Source: an uncultured Acidobacteriota bacterium
Lineage (GTDB): Bacteria > Acidobacteriota > JAQAZP01
Assembly (NCBI GenBank): GCA_963836075.1
Contig: CAWIIB010000009.1
Span: forward strand, 1-64,000
DNA: 64,000 bases
Reading direction: 5' to 3'
The position numbers and the translations under genes are program-made. The notes below the pieces were generated by a model, which had not been told where the DNA came from, searched no databases, and was given only the letters and a program-made list of their open reading frames with translations. This document shows positions 52,563 to 61,511 of this stretch, piece after piece. Numbering within the stretch: position 1 is the first letter of the stretch; each line of letters opens with the position of its first letter.

Positions 52563-52689
52563 GCGAAATCTCCCAGGGTGGACATTCTCTTCATTACACC
52601 ATCACCATTCTTATCGGCACTCCACAGGGAAAACATGTGGCAAAATTGGCCCCTGAAAAACCGCTCGGCTGTGGTGTGGAATCACCCGC

Positions 52690-53452
52690 TCAGCGGGCCA
52701 GCGGCGTGCCGCCCTTGAGCAGGGCTTCGGCTTCGGCGGTGTAGAGGCCCGGCCGGCGAAAGAGTACCAGGGGTTCCATCTCGGGCAGTCACCTCCGGTC
52801 CTCCCTTCACCGCTTCGACGAGGATGAGATTCGCGTCCTCCCCCTCCCGCGGCAGGACCTGCCGGACCCGGGAGGGCTGCAGCCCCCGTTGCTCCATCAG
52901 CCGGCGCAGTTCGGGCCAGCGCCAGGGGCGGTGGACCAGGCCCATCCGGCCGCCCTGCCGCAGCAGTCGGGCGGCGGCGGCAAAAAGGCCGTCCGGGTCG
53001 AGCAGGATTTCCTGGCGGGCCACCGCGCGCTGCCGGTGGGAACTGGGACGGGTGGCGCCTACCTTGTTGAAGGGCGGGTTGCTGACCACCAGGTCGAAGC
53101 TGCCGGCCGCCTCCCCGGCGGCAAACTCGGCCACGTCCTGGTGACGCACCTCGACCCGCGATTCAAACCCGTTGATCTGGACGTTCTGCCGCGCCAGGCC
53201 GGCCAGTTCGGCCTGGACTTCCACCGCCACCAGACGGCGGAATGGGTAAAAGTGGGCCAGCAGGATCCCCACCACCCCGCAGCCGGCGCCCAGGTCGGCC
53301 GCCAGGTCGTCCGGGCGCACCTCCACGAACCCGGCCAGCAGCGGGGCGTCCACCGAGAAACGGTAGCCGTGCTTCGGCTGGTGAAAGCGGAGAAGCCCGC
53401 CAAGGAAGGGATCGACGGTCGTCAGGTCGTGTGGTTCAGGTTCCCGGCTCAT
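52690..53452 (-). CDS. SAM-dependent methyltransferase, tRNA1(Val) A37 N6-methylase-like (frameshift near 52784)
   Basis: Q.K.GYRFSVDA.LL, DLGAGCG, VSNPPF; removing one C restores EPLVLF...YTAEA. Confidence 0.85.
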
Positions 53453-53600
53453 TGTCCGGCTCCGGGGTCTGCCGGGCCAGCTCGGCCTGGTATTTCTTCC
53501 ACCCGGGACACCAGCGGGTGTGCCAGCGCCAGATCCGGGCGAGGAGCGATTCGGGCTTTCTCTCGGAATACGCGCGCCAGCCGCAGTCTTCGCATCCCAT
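53436..53600 (-). CDS. small Cys/Trp-rich hypothetical protein, 54 aa
   Basis: RBS GAGGTG; MGCEDC...IWRWHTRWCPGWKKY. Confidence 0.75.
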   Translation of the reverse strand: MGCEDCGWRAYSERKPESLLARIWRWHTRWCPGWKKYQAELARQTPEPDNEPGT

Positions 53601-53677
53601 GACGGGCACCTCGCGTGAAGGAGAAAGCAGGGACGGTTCCTGGAAAATGGTAAACGTCCCCATTTTCTCAATTTCGA

Positions 53678-54016
53678 TCAAACAGTTACCGTTTCCCCGG
53701 GCCCGAGCATGACGGAGACGATCTCCTGCATGTTGCTCTCCCGCCCCACCGCCACCCGCTCCTGCAGGCCGAAGTGGGCGAGGCAGGTGCCGCAGGCCGC
53801 CAGATCGACGCCCTGGCTGTCGAGGGCCTCCAGCGCGTCGAGAACCGGGGAGTCGTCGGCCACCAGCCGCACCCCCGAGTTGTAGAAAATGACCGCCGAC
53901 GGCTTCTCCACCGCGGCGGCCAGGGTCCGGAGGAACGACCCCATCAGCCGCAGGCCCAGTTCATTGTCACCCCGTCCCAGCGTCTCGCAACCGACAATAA
54001 TGCTCTTGCCCATCAA
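53678..54016 (-). CDS. DsrE-fold protein resembling the C-terminal domain of selenium-metabolism YedF
   Basis: LGRGDNELG..LM..F, IFYNSGV.L, ACGTCL.HFGL, VG..SNM.EIV. Confidence 0.8.
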   Translation of the reverse strand: MMGKSIIVGCETLGRGDNELGLRLMGSFLRTLAAAVEKPSAVIFYNSGVRLVADDSPVLDALEALDSQGVDLAACGTCLAHFGLQERVAVGRESNMQEIVSVMLGPGETVTV

Positions 54017-54029
54017 CTGCTCCGTCCGT

Positions 54030-55421
54030 TCAATTCAGTTCCACGGTCTCCAGATACTCTGGAACATGGGGATTGAAAGATGCCGCCTTCAGCTTCTCCG
54101 CCAGCGATGCACTCGACTCCGGCTCGCCGTGAACCACAAAGGTCTTCCTGGGCTTGCTGCTGAAGCCGCGCAGCCAGGCGAGGATCTCTTCGTAGTCGGC
54201 GTGGGCCGAGTATCCCGAGATCTGCTCGATGGTGGCCTTCACCGGCACGTACTCGCCGTGGATCTTCACCGACTCGGCCCCTTCGAGAATCGCCCGGCCC
54301 CGGGTACCCTCCGCCTGGTAGCCGATGAAGAGTATCGTCGTGCGCGGGTCGGGCATCTTGTTCGCCAGATGGTGCAGGATCCGGCCGCCGGAGAGCATGC
54401 CGCTGGCTGAGATGATGATCCCCGGGCCGTTGAAGCTGTTCAGTTCGATGGACTGCTTGGTGGACTCGGTGAACTTGATGTGCCGGGTGCGAAAGATCTC
54501 CACGCCGCGCACCTCCAGCAGGGCCGTCTGCATGTCGTGGTCCTGGATGTTGTCCATGTAGACCCTGGTGGCCTTGATCGCCATCGGGCTGTCCAAAAAG
54601 ACGGGGAGCTTCATGATCTCGTCGGCGTTTTCCATCTCGCGGATGTTGAACAGCAGTTCCTGGGTCCGGCCCACCGAGAAGGCGGGGATGAGCAGGACAC
54701 CGCCGCGGGCCGCACTCTCCTTGATCACCTGGGCCAGTACCGACTGCGGGCTCTCCTCCCCGTGCAGCCGGTTGCCGTAGGTCGACTCCAGCACCAGCCA
54801 GTCCGCCTCGGAGACCTGCACCGGGTCGCGCAGCACCGGCTTGTCCGGCCGGCCCAGGTCGCCGGAAAAGACGATCTTCCGTGTCTCGCCGCTCTCCGTC
54901 TTCCACTCGATGCAGACAAAGGCCGAACCGAGGATGTGGCCGGCGTTGAGGAACCAGAGCACCAGCCCGCCGCCCAGCTCCAGCCGGTGGCTGTAGGGCG
55001 TCGGTTCGAGGAGGGATATGGCCGCTTCGGCGTCGTCCTTGTCGTAGAGGGGCAGAGCCTCCTTGTGCTTCGAGTAGCCCTTCTTGTTCGCCCAGCGGGC
55101 CTCCTCCTCCTGCAGGTGGGCCGAGTCCATCAGCATCACCGCGCAGAGTTCGGCGGTGCTCTTGGTGCAGTAGACCGGCCCGGAGAAGCCGTCCTTGACC
55201 AGCCGGGGCAGGTAGCCGGTGTGGTCGATATGGGCGTGGGTCAACACCACCGCATCGACTCCCGTCGCGTCCAGGGGCAGCGGCTCGCGGTTGCGCAGCC
55301 GCAGCTTCTTCAAGCCCTGGAACATGCCGCAGTCCACCAGCAGGCGGAACCCGTCGTGTTCGAAAAGGAATTTCGATCCGGTGGTCGTGCCGGTGGCACC
55401 GAGAAAAGTAAGTCTGGCCAA
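54030..55421 (-). CDS. MBL-fold/beta-CASP ribonuclease-like hydrolase
   Basis: FLGA..TTGS, DCGMFQG, LTHAHIDH, AGHILGS, FSGDLG, ESTYG, SAHAD, VHGE. Confidence 0.92.
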   Translation of the reverse strand: MARLTFLGATGTTTGSKFLFEHDGFRLLVDCGMFQGLKKLRLRNREPLPLDATGVDAVVLTHAHIDHTGYLPRLVKDGFSGPVYCTKSTAELCAVMLMDSAHLQEEEARWANKKGYSKHKEALPLYDKDDAEAAISLLEPTPYSHRLELGGGLVLWFLNAGHILGSAFVCIEWKTESGETRKIVFSGDLGRPDKPVLRDPVQVSEADWLVLESTYGNRLHGEESPQSVLAQVIKESAARGGVLLIPAFSVGRTQELLFNIREMENADEIMKLPVFLDSPMAIKATRVYMDNIQDHDMQTALLEVRGVEIFRTRHIKFTESTKQSIELNSFNGPGIIISASGMLSGGRILHHLANKMPDPRTTILFIGYQAEGTRGRAILEGAESVKIHGEYVPVKATIEQISGYSAHADYEEILAWLRGFSSKPRKTFVVHGEPESSASLAEKLKAASFNPHVPEYLETVELN

Positions 55422-55434
55422 ACCGCACCTCCCA

Positions 55435-56055
55435 TTATTTATTGTCGCCCCTGTAATATTCAGGGTACAGCTTCTTGAAGCACTCCGGGCAGAGACTGTG
55501 ACTGAACTCGGCCTCCGAGTGCTCACAGATATAGGTTTCCAGCCGCTGCCAGCGCCCCCCCTCGACCCGGATCATGTTGCAGGAAGCGCAGACCGGCAGC
55601 AGGCCGGACAACTGCTTGACCGTGGCCAGCGTCTCGCTCAGTTTGGCGTTGAGCCGCCGCAGCTCCACGATGTCGTCAAAGCGGGCCATGGCCACGGTGA
55701 TCGCCCGTTCCATCTCCCGAGCGGTGGACGGTTTGACCAGGTAGGCGCCGAGACCGGCGTCCACCGCTCCGTGCATCAACTCCGGGCTCTCGTAAGCGGT
55801 GAGGGCCACCACCGGGACGGGGTTGGATTCCATGATCAGGCGGGTGGCCTCGATGCCGTCCATCTCCGGCATCTTGATGTCCATCAGCACCACGTCGGGC
55901 GAGAACCGCGAGACCATCTCCAGGGCTTCCCGGCCGTCGTTGGCCTCGCCCACCACCAGGCAGCCGATCTCCTCCAGCGTCCCGCGCACCATCTCGCTCA
56001 CCAGGTGGTCGTCCTCCACCACCAGCACGCGAACCTGTTTCTTCTCCCAGTTCAT
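55435..56055 (-). CDS. response regulator with C-terminal Cys/His cluster domain
   Basis: REC (VEDD, MDIKMP, LTA, VKP), coiled coil, then LLPVCASC...FSHSLCPEC. Confidence 0.88.
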   Translation of the reverse strand: MNWEKKQVRVLVVEDDHLVSEMVRGTLEEIGCLVVGEANDGREALEMVSRFSPDVVLMDIKMPEMDGIEATRLIMESNPVPVVALTAYESPELMHGAVDAGLGAYLVKPSTAREMERAITVAMARFDDIVELRRLNAKLSETLATVKQLSGLLPVCASCNMIRVEGGRWQRLETYICEHSEAEFSHSLCPECFKKLYPEYYRGDNK

Positions 56056-56065
56056 CACGCTCCTC

Positions 56066-57034
56066 TCACCGTACCTCGACCCAGCGGTCATCCTCCGCCG
56101 ACCGCACGCAGGCCTCGCACAGCCGCACCGCGGCCAGCCCCTCGTCCGCCGGTATCGGGTTGGGCCCGCTGCCGCGCACACAGGCCTCCCACTGCCGCAG
56201 CAGGGGCACCAGGGTGGGCACCGGCGGTTCCTGCTGCCGGGGCTCGGGGACACCGGCCCCGACAAACTCCAGTGTCCCGCGGAAATGGTCGCCGCGCAGC
56301 GTCCCCGCTGAACCGACGAACTCGAAGCGGCCGCTGCGGGCCGGCCCCACCTTGCTCGCCTCCACCAGGCCCACCACCCCGTCCACGCACTCCAGCTGGG
56401 CGGTGAACAGGTCTTCGAGACGGGTGGTGCCGCGGCGGTAGGCCGTGGCCCGCACCCGCACCACCTCGCGGCCGGTGATGAAGCGCAGGGCGTCGAAGGT
56501 GTGCACCGCGGTGTGCAGGATCACTCCGCCGCCGGCGGCTTCGGGATCGTCCAGCCACTGGTGGAATGGCGGCTCGAGACGGAAGTCGGCGGAGAACGAG
56601 TGCAGCCGGCCAACCTCGGGCAGATGCTCCTGCAGCGCCCGCACCGTGCTGTTGAACCGCAGGGTCTGAGCCACGGTGAGCGGGAGTTCCCGTTCGGCAA
56701 AGGCCCGGACCATCGCTTCCGCGTCGGCCGCGGTCATGGCCAGCGGCTTCTCCACCAGCAGCGGCTTGCCCAGCTCGGCGCAGGCCAGGGCCAGGGCGGT
56801 ATTGATGTCCGGCGTGGCCGCGGCCACCACCGCGTCGACCCGCGGGTCGGCCACCAGGTCGGACCAGAGCCGGTACCACGTGGCGCCCCAGTTCCGGGCC
56901 TGGGCCTCGCCCTCCGGGGAGCGGCGGCTGATGGCGGCAAGCTCCAGACCCGGCAGGTCCTGCAGGATGTGGGCAACGTAGCGAGCGCCATGCCGGCCCG
57001 TCCCGATGACCCCGACCTTGAGTGTTTCGTCCAC
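56066..57034 (-). CDS. Gfo/Idh/MocA family oxidoreductase
   Basis: VGVIGTGRHG, LVEKPLA, GGGVIL..AVH.FD. Confidence 0.9.
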   Translation of the reverse strand: MDETLKVGVIGTGRHGARYVAHILQDLPGLELAAISRRSPEGEAQARNWGATWYRLWSDLVADPRVDAVVAAATPDINTALALACAELGKPLLVEKPLAMTAADAEAMVRAFAERELPLTVAQTLRFNSTVRALQEHLPEVGRLHSFSADFRLEPPFHQWLDDPEAAGGGVILHTAVHTFDALRFITGREVVRVRATAYRRGTTRLEDLFTAQLECVDGVVGLVEASKVGPARSGRFEFVGSAGTLRGDHFRGTLEFVGAGVPEPRQQEPPVPTLVPLLRQWEACVRGSGPNPIPADEGLAAVRLCEACVRSAEDDRWVEVR

Positions 57035-57229
57035 GCGTCGCCCCCTGGTTTCGGTGTCTGAAAGAGGCGTCCGCCGCAGGAGAAAACCTCTCTGCCCCGC
57101 CGGCGGCGCCTGAACCGCCATTATAGACCAAGCCGCCCGCCGCGGCCACGCCGGGTGGGGAGGATGCCCTGCCAGCGGTGTTTCTGCTATCATGGGGCAA
57201 CGGTCCCGACCGCCAGCATGGAGTTCTTG

Positions 57230-57598
57230 ATGACCAAACCCCGATCAACAGCCGGCCGTGGCAAGCGCCTGCACGGCGTGGGCCAGGGCAACGCGCCCTC
57301 GTCCTTCGACGCGGTCTACGACCTGGTGCGCCAGATCCCCAGCGGGCGGGTGGCCACCTACGGTCAGATCTCCAACCTGATGGGCAACCTGCTCTCGCCG
57401 CTGGCCGTGGGCTGGGCGCTGCACAGCTGCCCCGACGGCGTTCCGTGGCAGCGGGTGGTCAACGCCGCCGGCGCCCTCTCCACCGAACGGCTGCCCGATA
57501 TCCCTCCGGGACTGCAGCGGGCCATGCTCCAGGCCGAGGGGGTGGTCTTCGGCGAAGACGACACCATCGACCTGGAGCGCTTCCGGTGGGAGCCCTGA
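57230..57598 (+). CDS. alkyltransferase-like protein (ATL/YbaZ type)
   Basis: IPSGRVATYGQI, AVGWAL, VPWQRVVN (Trp replaces the catalytic Cys of MGMT PCHR). Confidence 0.88.
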   Translation: MTKPRSTAGRGKRLHGVGQGNAPSSFDAVYDLVRQIPSGRVATYGQISNLMGNLLSPLAVGWALHSCPDGVPWQRVVNAAGALSTERLPDIPPGLQRAMLQAEGVVFGEDDTIDLERFRWEP

Positions 57599-57599
57599 G

Positions 57600-60317
57600 A
57601 TGAAAAGCCTGCTGGTGGGAATCGCGCGGCGGCCGGTGCTCTCGGTCTTCCTCCTCGCCGTGGCCATCTCGCTGATCATCCTCAACATCGGCGAGCTGGA
57701 GATCGACACCTCGGGCAAGGGCCTCACCGCCGCCGGTGACCCGGCCGCCGACGTGCTGGAGCGGTTCCGCGAGACCTTCGGCAGCGACTCGCTGACCCTG
57801 GTGGTACTCAAGGCCCCCGAAGGGGATGTGTTCACACCGCAGGCCCTGCGGTCGGTCCGGGACCTCACCGCGGCCCTGGGCCGGCTGGAGGGGGTCACCG
57901 GGATAAAGAGCCTGGCCACGGTGCAGGGGTTCGACCTCTTCCTCGGGCTGCCCGTGCGCAGCGGCCTGCTCCGCAACATCCCCGCCGACCCCCAGGAGCT
58001 TGCCCGGCTCAAAATGCGGGTGCTGGACAGTCCGGTGCTGGTGGGCACCGTGGTCTCGGCCAGCGGTGACTGTGCCGCGATCAGCATCTTCACCGAACCG
58101 CCGCCCGGCGCCGACGGGTTCAACGCCACCTTTGCCGAGGCCGTGGACGCCCTGATCATCGAGCATGCCGGCGGTCTGGAGGGCTACCAGATCGGCGAGC
58201 CGATGGCCAAGAACGCCTTCAGCGACTTTATCCAGCGTGACCAGCGCTACCTGGTGCCCTGGTCGGTGGTCCTGCTGGTGCTGGTCCTTTTCCTCGCCTA
58301 CCGCAACATCACCGTGGCGTTGCTGCCGGTGCTCACCGGCGGCCTGAGCGTGCTGGCCACCCTGGGCTTCATGGCCCTGGCCGGCTTCGCGATCAACGTG
58401 GTCACCGCCATCGTCCCCTCGATCCTCATCGTGGTGGGCTGCACCGAAGACGTGCACATGGTCTCAAAATACTACCGCCAGCTGGGCAAGGGCCGGGACA
58501 AGGTCACCGCGCTGCTGAAGATGGCGATGCACAGCGCGGTGCCGATCACCCTCACCACGCTGACCACCTTCCTCGGCTTCGCCACCCTGGCGGTGAACAA
58601 GGTCACCATCCTGCGCCAGTTCGGCATCGTCTGCTCCTTCGGCCTGCTGGCCAACTTTCTGATCACCATCGTGGTCGTCCCGGCCGCCCTGCGGCTGATC
58701 CCCGCCTCCAAGGCGCTGCGCCTCCAGGAACGGCGAAGCACGGGCCGCTGGAGCGGCCTGATCAACTGGCTGACCACCTTCACCGCCGAGCGGAAAAAGC
58801 TGATCACCGTCTCCACGGCACTGCTGGTACTCCTTGCCGTGGCCGGCTGTTTCCGCCTCGAGGTGGACACCAACTTCACCCGCTACTTCCGCGAGGGGTC
58901 CACGGTGCGGGACAACACGGCCCGGGCCGCCCGGGACCTTTCCGGAGCGATGACCCTGCAGGTCTACATCCAGGCCCTGGGGCTGCAGCGGGTGACCGAC
59001 CCGGCGATCCTCCAGCGGGTCAGCGCCTTCCAGCAGCGTCTGGACGACACCGGCCTCTTTGCCAAGAGCCTCTCGGTGGCCGATCTGCTACGTGAGGTGC
59101 ACCGCCAGGCGGAGGGTGGCCTCCCGCACCCCTTGTGGGTTCCGCAAAGCGAGGAGGATGTGGAGCGCACCCTGGCCCTGCTGGGTGACAGCGAAACCAG
59201 CAGCTTCGTGGACCGCCGCCGCCAGAGCCTGAACATCTCGGTCTGGCACGACATCACCGGGTCCCGCGCCCTCTCCTCGGCCATCCAGCAACTGGAGGCC
59301 CTGGCCAAAGAGGAACTGCCCGCCGACCTCGACGTCCAGGTCACCGGCCACTGGGTGCTGATCAACAACTCGGCCGACGCCATGGCCGTGGGACAGGTGC
59401 AGAGCCTGGCCCTGGCCCTGACCGCCGTGTTCATCATCATCTCGGCACTCTTCCTCTCCTTCAAGGCCGGCCTGGTGGGGATGGTGGCCAACGTGGTGCC
59501 GATCCTCTTCAACTTCGGCCTGATGGGCTGGCTGGGCATCCCGCTGAACACCGGCACCTGCATGGTGGCGGCCATCGCCCTGGGCATCGCGGTGGACGAC
59601 ACCATCCACTTCATGGTCCGCTACCAGCGGGAGCTGCGCCAGACCAACCAGCAGCGCCGGGCCATGACCCGGACCCTGCGCAAGGAAGCCGAGCCGATCA
59701 TCCTCACCACCGTGGCCCTGGTGCTCGGTTTCGGCGTGCTGACCTTCTCCAGCTTCATCCCCATCGCCCACTTCGGCCTGCTGGCGGCCATGGTGATGGT
59801 CTACGCCCTGGCCGCCGACCTGCTGATCAACCCGGTGGTGCTGACCAGCGTCCAGCTGATCACCATCTGGGACTTCGTCGCCCTGCGCCTGAACCGCAAC
59901 ATCACCGAGGAGAGCCCGGTGTTCCGCAACATGCGGCCCGGCGAGGCGAAGAAGGTGGTGCTGCTGGGCACCCTGCGCACGGTGACGGCGGGCGAAACGG
60001 TGATCCGCGAGGGCCTGGCCGGGGAGTCGATGTTCATGATCGTCTCCGGCGCCATGAAGGTGACGGTGGACGTGGGCGGGCGGCCCCGGCTGCTCAACCG
60101 GCTGGGACCGGGGGAGGTGATCGGCGAGATGGCCCTGCTGGGCGGCGGCACCCGGTCGGCCACGGTCACCGCCACCGAAGACAGCGAACTGCTCCGCCTG
60201 GACGAGCAGTCGCTGGAACGGGTGCGCCGCCGCTCGCCGCGCATCGCGGCCAAGCTCTTCCTCAACCTCTCCCGCATCCTCAGCGACCGCCTGCGGGCAC
60301 AGAACATCGCTGAGTAA
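57600..60317 (+). CDS. MMPL/RND-family transporter with C-terminal cyclic-nucleotide-binding domain
   Basis: Two RND halves (VGCTEDVH...TTLTT..GF and GIAVDDTIH); C-terminal GETVIREG...MFMIVSG...GEVIGEMALL...RSATV. Confidence 0.9.
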   Translation: MKSLLVGIARRPVLSVFLLAVAISLIILNIGELEIDTSGKGLTAAGDPAADVLERFRETFGSDSLTLVVLKAPEGDVFTPQALRSVRDLTAALGRLEGVTGIKSLATVQGFDLFLGLPVRSGLLRNIPADPQELARLKMRVLDSPVLVGTVVSASGDCAAISIFTEPPPGADGFNATFAEAVDALIIEHAGGLEGYQIGEPMAKNAFSDFIQRDQRYLVPWSVVLLVLVLFLAYRNITVALLPVLTGGLSVLATLGFMALAGFAINVVTAIVPSILIVVGCTEDVHMVSKYYRQLGKGRDKVTALLKMAMHSAVPITLTTLTTFLGFATLAVNKVTILRQFGIVCSFGLLANFLITIVVVPAALRLIPASKALRLQERRSTGRWSGLINWLTTFTAERKKLITVSTALLVLLAVAGCFRLEVDTNFTRYFREGSTVRDNTARAARDLSGAMTLQVYIQALGLQRVTDPAILQRVSAFQQRLDDTGLFAKSLSVADLLREVHRQAEGGLPHPLWVPQSEEDVERTLALLGDSETSSFVDRRRQSLNISVWHDITGSRALSSAIQQLEALAKEELPADLDVQVTGHWVLINNSADAMAVGQVQSLALALTAVFIIISALFLSFKAGLVGMVANVVPILFNFGLMGWLGIPLNTGTCMVAAIALGIAVDDTIHFMVRYQRELRQTNQQRRAMTRTLRKEAEPIILTTVALVLGFGVLTFSSFIPIAHFGLLAAMVMVYALAADLLINPVVLTSVQLITIWDFVALRLNRNITEESPVFRNMRPGEAKKVVLLGTLRTVTAGETVIREGLAGESMFMIVSGAMKVTVDVGGRPRLLNRLGPGEVIGEMALLGGGTRSATVTATEDSELLRLDEQSLERVRRRSPRIAAKLFLNLSRILSDRLRAQNIAE

Positions 60318-60325
60318 ACGCTTCC

Positions 60326-60582
60326 CCTGTCATTGCGAGCCCCCGACCCTCGGGGGTCGCGGGAAGTCAGCGGAAGAAACAACCGTTCTTTCGCTGTCAT
60401 TGCGAGGAGCCGTCGAAGACGGCGACGAAGCAATCTCATTGAATCGGAAAGACATCCGAGGAGATCGCCGCGTCGTCGGCTACGCCGACTCCTCGCGATG
60501 ACACTTCCTGGCCGTGCGCTTGTTTCTTAAGAGCCACTGACCCGCGAGGATCCACGGGAAGTCAGTGGCTCGCAATGACAGG
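60326..60582. repeat. nested REP-like palindromic elements (TGTCATTGCGAG...CTCGCAATGACA family)
   Basis: Outer CCTGTCATTGCGAGCC / GGCTCGCAATGACAGG; inner TGTCATTGCGAGGAG (60395) / CTCCTCGCGATGACA (60503). Confidence 0.8.
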
Positions 60583-60611
60583 AACAAGTCAGCTGATCGC
60601 AATGGCAGAGG

Positions 60612-61508
60612 TCAGGTCATCCGGTCGGGGACGGCTTCGGCTTTTCGGCCCTCGAAGGCGAGGACCAGCACCGAGAGGCAGATCAGCAGGTAGCCGGCGG
60701 CGCCGGGGCCGGTGATCCGCTCGCCCCAGGCAAAGAAGGCCACCAGGCCGGCCAGCAGCGGTTCCACCAGGGTGGCGGCGGCGATGCGCGAGGCGTCAAA
60801 GTGCTTGAGGGCGTTGTTGAACGAGGTGTGGCCGATCAGGGTGGGGATGAGCGCCATCAGCACGAAACAGAGCCAGGTGATGGCGTTGTAACGGACCAGC
60901 GGCAGGTCGAAAAAGGGGAAGCAGGCAAAGGAGAAGAGGGCCGCCGTGCCGTAAACCACGGTGACGTAGACCCGGTTGTCCAGCCTGGGGCGGAGGCGCT
61001 TGCCGGCGAGGAAGTAGACGGTGAACAGCACTGAACAGAGCACGGCCATGGCGTCACCGGGCAGTGAACCACCGCCCAGGGTAAAGTCGCCGATGCCGAT
61101 CACCGCCACCCCGGCCAGACCGAGGCCGATGGAGAGGAACAGGGCCCAGCCCAGCCGCTCGCCAAAGATGAAGTACGCGGCCAGGGCGGTGAGCACCGGG
61201 TTGATGGAGAAGAAGATCGCCGCGTTGGCCACCGTGGTCAGCTGCACCGCGGCGATCCAGGTCAGGAAGTGGGCGGACAGCGCGGCCCCGGTAAAGAGCA
61301 GCAGCGCCCACTCACCCCGGCTGAGCCGGGCCAGCTGGTTCAGCTGGCGGCCGGCCAGCGGGGCCAGCACCACCACGGCCAGCAGCAGGCGCCAGGCGGC
61401 GATGGCCGCCGGGTGGGCCTGGCCCAGACGGATGATGTTCCCCGACTGGCTGGCGGCCAGCAGCCCCAGGACGAGGAAGAAGAAGGCCTGGCGTGCGCTG
61501 CGGCTCAA
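60612..61508 (-). CDS. DMT/EamA-family transporter
   Basis: About ten TM helices in two EamA-like repeats (AAWRL, GERL, GHTSFN, EP..A, GE.I). Confidence 0.9.
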   Translation of the reverse strand: MSRSARQAFFFLVLGLLAASQSGNIIRLGQAHPAAIAAWRLLLAVVVLAPLAGRQLNQLARLSRGEWALLLFTGAALSAHFLTWIAAVQLTTVANAAIFFSINPVLTALAAYFIFGERLGWALFLSIGLGLAGVAVIGIGDFTLGGGSLPGDAMAVLCSVLFTVYFLAGKRLRPRLDNRVYVTVVYGTAALFSFACFPFFDLPLVRYNAITWLCFVLMALIPTLIGHTSFNNALKHFDASRIAAATLVEPLLAGLVAFFAWGERITGPGAAGYLLICLSVLVLAFEGRKAEAVPDRMT

Positions 61509-61511
61509 GCG

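Noticed and set aside
53678-54016. Selenocysteine recoding in the YedF-like or neighbouring genes
   Set aside because: No in-frame TGA at conserved Cys positions; the CGTC motif uses Cys codons
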